A DNA stretch of 64,000 bases from Thermodesulfobacteriota bacterium. GTDB lineage: Bacteria > Desulfobacterota_D > UBA1144 > Nemesobacterales > JAJCZQ01. The translations under genes and the position numbers were made by a program. The notes beneath the pieces were generated by a model, which was given only the letters and a program-made list of their open reading frames with translations, did not search any database and had not been told where the DNA came from. The DNA is taken from the NCBI GenBank assembly GCA_965215275.1, contig OZ244044.1, positions 1,792,001 to 1,856,000 on the forward strand, given 5' to 3'. Each line of letters opens with the position of its first letter. Positions within the stretch are counted from its first letter, which is position 1. Of this stretch, positions 60,615-64,000 are shown in pieces.

Positions 60615-61886
60615 ATGTACCCAAATATTGAAAGGCTTAATTCAACTGGATTATTCGACATCAGGCCCGGTCTCAACAGAATTAACACGGTCCTTAATTA
60701 TCTTGGAAACCCTCATAACAATATCAGATACGTTCTTATAGCAGGCACAAATGGCAAAGGTTCCGTGGCCTCAATATTATCTAATATACTGATCCATAAC
60801 GGACATAAAACGGGTTTATATACCTCACCTCACTTAACCTCCGTCACCGAAAGAATAAAAATCAACAGTAAGAACATTGATAAAAAGGAGCTGAACAAAG
60901 TACTGGGAAACGTTTTTGAAGCATGTACTGAAACTGATGTAAAACTCAGCTATTTTGAACTGGTCACCGCTGCTGCTTTTTTATACTTTGAGAAGCAGAA
61001 AATCGATACAGGCGTTTTAGAGGTCGGAATGGGTGGCAGGTGGGACGCAACAAACGTCATCATCCCACTTGTATCAATAATTACCAGTATATCAATCGAC
61101 CATACAGACCATCTTGGGTCCACTACTGAACTTATTGCAGGAGAGAAAGCTGAAATTATAAAAAAAACCGTACCCGTGGTATCGGGTGTCATGGGAAAAG
61201 CCCATAGGATAATAATTGATAAAGCAAAAAAGACCAGTTCCGACGTGTTCGTAATACAAAAGGACTTTAACTATGAAAAAGCTGAGGACGGAAAGTTCAG
61301 TTACAGTGGAATTTTCAACAGTATAAACAATTTGACTTCCAGTCTTGCAGGAGAGCATCAGATGACCAACTCAGCCATTGCACTGGCGGCAGCGGAACTG
61401 CTTGACTCAAGATATAAAATAAAGATAGATCTTGAAAGTGTCAGAAAGCCCTTGAGTTCGGTACAGCTGCAGGGCAGATTTGAAATAATAAGTACCCAGC
61501 CTGCCGTAATACTGGACTCCGCTCACAACGTTGGTTCTGCAAATGCACTGATCAATACACTTGATGAGTTCCTGCCGAGCGAAAAATGGGTCTTTCTTCT
61601 CGGGATGTCAAAAGACAAGGATCATAACGGGTTCACCTCGACGATCTCACGCAAGGCCGCCAAAGTGGTTGTAACTACCATCCCGGGAGAAAAAGGTACA
61701 GACGCCCGGACGCTTTTCAAAACGTCAAGGACCCATGTTGAAGATACAGAGATAGTCAGTGACTATAAAAAAGCATTTATATATGTTAAAGGTTTAAACA
61801 TGCCGGTATGTATTACCGGGTCCATTTATCTTATAGGACTTATCAAACGGTTCCTGAAAAGTAAAACCTGCAACGTTCAGGAATAA
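60615..61886 (+). CDS. folC: Dihydrofolate/folylpolyglutamate synthase
   Basis: IAGTNGKGS, YTSPHL, EVGMGGRWDATN and LDSAHN motifs. Confidence 0.96.
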   Translation: MYPNIERLNSTGLFDIRPGLNRINTVLNYLGNPHNNIRYVLIAGTNGKGSVASILSNILIHNGHKTGLYTSPHLTSVTERIKINSKNIDKKELNKVLGNVFEACTETDVKLSYFELVTAAAFLYFEKQKIDTGVLEVGMGGRWDATNVIIPLVSIITSISIDHTDHLGSTTELIAGEKAEIIKKTVPVVSGVMGKAHRIIIDKAKKTSSDVFVIQKDFNYEKAEDGKFSYSGIFNSINNLTSSLAGEHQMTNSAIALAAAELLDSRYKIKIDLESVRKPLSSVQLQGRFEIISTQPAVILDSAHNVGSANALINTLDEFLPSEKWVFLLGMSKDKDHNGFTSTISRKAAKVVVTTIPGEKGTDARTLFKTSRTHVEDTEIVSDYKKAFIYVKGLNMPVCITGSIYLIGLIKRFLKSKTCNVQE

Positions 61887-61910
61887 GCTGATCGCACAAG
61901 ACAGAAAATA

Positions 61911-62951
61911 ATGAAGATGAAACGAGTGGGGATCGTAAAAGATGAGCTGTTCTTAAGGCACGTAAACGGCTTTCAGCATCCTGAATGCCCCGAGCGGCTT
62001 GAGTCTATCTACAATATGCTGAAAGAAACGGACATCATATCAAAGCTAAAGATCATGGACCCGGCTGACGCGGCCGATGAGCAGATACTGAAGGTCCACT
62101 CCGAACCTTATTACGAAACGGTAAAAAAGACAAAAGGAACCAGGACGTACAGGTTCGATCAGGATACTTCGTCCAATCCCTACACGTACGAGGCCGCGTT
62201 AAGGGGCTCCGGAGGCTTTATATCGGGATTAAATAAGGTATTAGATAACGAGCTGGACATTGTCTTTGCCCTGCTTCGTCCACCGGGACATCACGCCGAG
62301 TCGGACAAGGCCATGGGTTTCTGCTTCTTTAATCACGTGGCGATCGCAGCAGCACATCTGCTTTCACGAGGAGTAAAAAAGGTCCTGATATTTGACTGGG
62401 ACGTACATCACGGGAACGGCACGCAGCATATATTCTATAAAGATCCCAACGTCCTGTTCGCGTCCATACATCAGTTCCCGTTTTACCCCGGCACGGGGAG
62501 TTTAAACGAGACCGGCAGCGAATACGGCCTGGGATTTACGGTGAATATTCCCGTGCCTCCGATGCTGAACGACAACGATTACAACCACCTGCTTGACGTT
62601 ATAATGTCTCCTGTAATTGAACAGTTCAAACCTGACTTTATTCTTGTCTCTGCCGGGTTTGACGCTTATTACGTTGATCCGCTGGGTGGAATGCATATAA
62701 CCGAAAAAGGTTTTGCACAGCTTACAAGATTTGTGATAAACGCCGCTGAAAAGCATTCAAAAGGAAGACTTGGACTGGTGCTTGAAGGAGGTTATAACGT
62801 TCAGGGACTTGCAGATATAAGCAGGCTTGTTTTTGAAGAACTTCTTGATATGAACAAAACCGAGATCGTTATTCCCGATACTTCACCAAATACCGAGTTC
62901 GTAATCGAAGGAGTTTTAAGCAGCTACTCCTCGTACTGGAAGTTCAAATAA
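61911..62951 (+). CDS. Histone deacetylase family (Zn-dependent amidohydrolase)
   Basis: HPECPERL, RPPGHHA, GFCFFN, DWDVHHGNGTQ, SAGFDA and LEGGY motifs. Confidence 0.95.
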   Translation: MKMKRVGIVKDELFLRHVNGFQHPECPERLESIYNMLKETDIISKLKIMDPADAADEQILKVHSEPYYETVKKTKGTRTYRFDQDTSSNPYTYEAALRGSGGFISGLNKVLDNELDIVFALLRPPGHHAESDKAMGFCFFNHVAIAAAHLLSRGVKKVLIFDWDVHHGNGTQHIFYKDPNVLFASIHQFPFYPGTGSLNETGSEYGLGFTVNIPVPPMLNDNDYNHLLDVIMSPVIEQFKPDFILVSAGFDAYYVDPLGGMHITEKGFAQLTRFVINAAEKHSKGRLGLVLEGGYNVQGLADISRLVFEELLDMNKTEIVIPDTSPNTEFVIEGVLSSYSSYWKFK

Positions 62952-63012
62952 AAAAAACAGACCTCGACTGCGAACGGCGATCAAGGGACCGCCCTATATC
63001 CTTACCCGCTGA

Positions 63013-63828
63013 TCAGCTAAACGACCTTCGATAATCCGTCCCGTCAATATACATAAAGTCACACATCTCATGAAGTCTGGATAATATGCGCTTTCCTATT
63101 CTTTCCTCCAAGAGCTCGGAGTTTGAAGGATCGTTCCCTGCGTGCTCCCTTGACAGAAAATTGGTCGTGATCAAGGTTTTCTTGGACGTGTTGTACCTAT
63201 CAGAGATCAACTGATCTAAAATGCCCTGCTCCCACTCAGTATTCTTGCCCTTACCCATTTCATCTATTACAAGCACCTCCACCTTCAGCAGGGGCTGAAG
63301 TATGTCTGTTTCATATAAGCCTTGTGAATAAGCCTGCTTGAGTTCGGATAAAAGCAGAAAAAAATCCTTAAATAAACAATCGATCCCTTTCTCTATCGTA
63401 AGTTCTGATATGGTGCCGATCACAAGGTGCGTTTTACCTACTCCCGGAGGTCCCATTAAAACGTAACCTTTTTTATTCTCTGAATACTGGTTTATAAATT
63501 TGTCCTTTATGTGCTTCAAGGCGTTCTGCTGACTTGTGGACTCGGGTTTATAGGTGTCTACCATCAATACTGATGAGAATTTCACGGGTATTTCCGCACG
63601 ATTGTACTTCTTTATATTGCTTCTCAAATAGCCACAGGCCGGACAGGGAAGATACACTTCATAGTTATTTTTATTTTTATCGATTACAGACCCTATACCA
63701 TTACATAACTGACACTCGTCCACACACCTGCATGCTTTAAGGTGAGAGAATTTCTTATGTTTACGAGCAACGTAACCCTGATGACGACAGTCAAGACAGC
63801 CTATTTGTTTTTTGCGCTCGATGATCAC
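63013..63828 (-). CDS. DnaC/IstB-like AAA+ ATPase with N-terminal Cys-rich (Zn) region
   Basis: CxxC pairs; Walker A GPPGVGKT; Walker B LVIDEMG; ITTN; RILSRLHEM. Confidence 0.85.
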   Translation of the reverse strand: MIIERKKQIGCLDCRHQGYVARKHKKFSHLKACRCVDECQLCNGIGSVIDKNKNNYEVYLPCPACGYLRSNIKKYNRAEIPVKFSSVLMVDTYKPESTSQQNALKHIKDKFINQYSENKKGYVLMGPPGVGKTHLVIGTISELTIEKGIDCLFKDFFLLLSELKQAYSQGLYETDILQPLLKVEVLVIDEMGKGKNTEWEQGILDQLISDRYNTSKKTLITTNFLSREHAGNDPSNSELLEERIGKRILSRLHEMCDFMYIDGTDYRRSFS

Positions 63829-64000
63829 CGTTTATCAACTTCAAATGGATTAAAAGATATGTACTTTTCTATTATGAGGTTTTTCAAATAAGTATGCAAT
63901 AATTTTTCTTTCGACCGCTCATTGACGTAATCATCACGACTGGCTAAAAACCTTTCCACATCATCTTCGAAAGTCTCACTGTGCACTTCATACAGACACC
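63825..64000 (-). CDS. 3' end of a hypothetical protein (runs off window end)
   Basis: Open frame ...SETFEDDVERFLASRDDYVNERSKEKLLHTYLKNLIIEKYISFNPFEVDKR*; TGA overlaps the GTG start of the ATPase. Confidence 0.55.
   Translation of the reverse strand, partial: CLYEVHSETFEDDVERFLASRDDYVNERSKEKLLHTYLKNLIIEKYISFNPFEVDKR

Overview
Bacterial chromosomal segment that is mostly housekeeping genes. The gene set is Deltaproteobacteria/Desulfobacterota-like, possibly Dadabacteria, but this placement is tentative. It contains the dcw cluster (mraZ to partial ftsA, minus strand, no ddl), murJ, aroQ, recJ, lgt, trkA, purD, rpsL-rpsG-fusA (no tuf), ftsH-folP-cdaA-cdaR-glmM-pdxJ-acpS, hflX, ftsK-lolA, a sulfite/nitrite reductase, folC, a deacetylase and a DnaC-like ATPase. 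Three AT-rich accessory regions interrupt this. (1) A 3,372-bp IS1595-family element (20584-23955; 26-bp TIRs, 8-bp TSD ATAAAAAT) sits in the last codons of lgt. It carries a beta-class DNA methyltransferase-HNH fusion that is out of frame at a G9 tract, and an apparent HicA-HicB single-chain fusion. (2) The headline observation is a 1,331-bp element (42243-43573) with 25-bp TIRs that start with the same GGGAATTATA as the IS1595 ends, plus a perfect 8-bp TSD (GTAAATTA). It holds only a leaderless, frameshifted tnpB and a structured omegaRNA-like 3' region, so it looks like an RNA-guided nuclease carried by an IS1595-type non-autonomous DDE element rather than IS200/605 or IS607. (3) A glycosyltransferase island (~51.5-60.6 kb) with a duplicated three-gene block, pseudogenes, a G10-frameshifted methyltransferase and remnants of the same IS1595/MTase element. 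Also found: an AUA-start hflX overlapped by a leaderless uORF, an unannotated leaderless 38-aa membrane peptide, and MraZ boxes.
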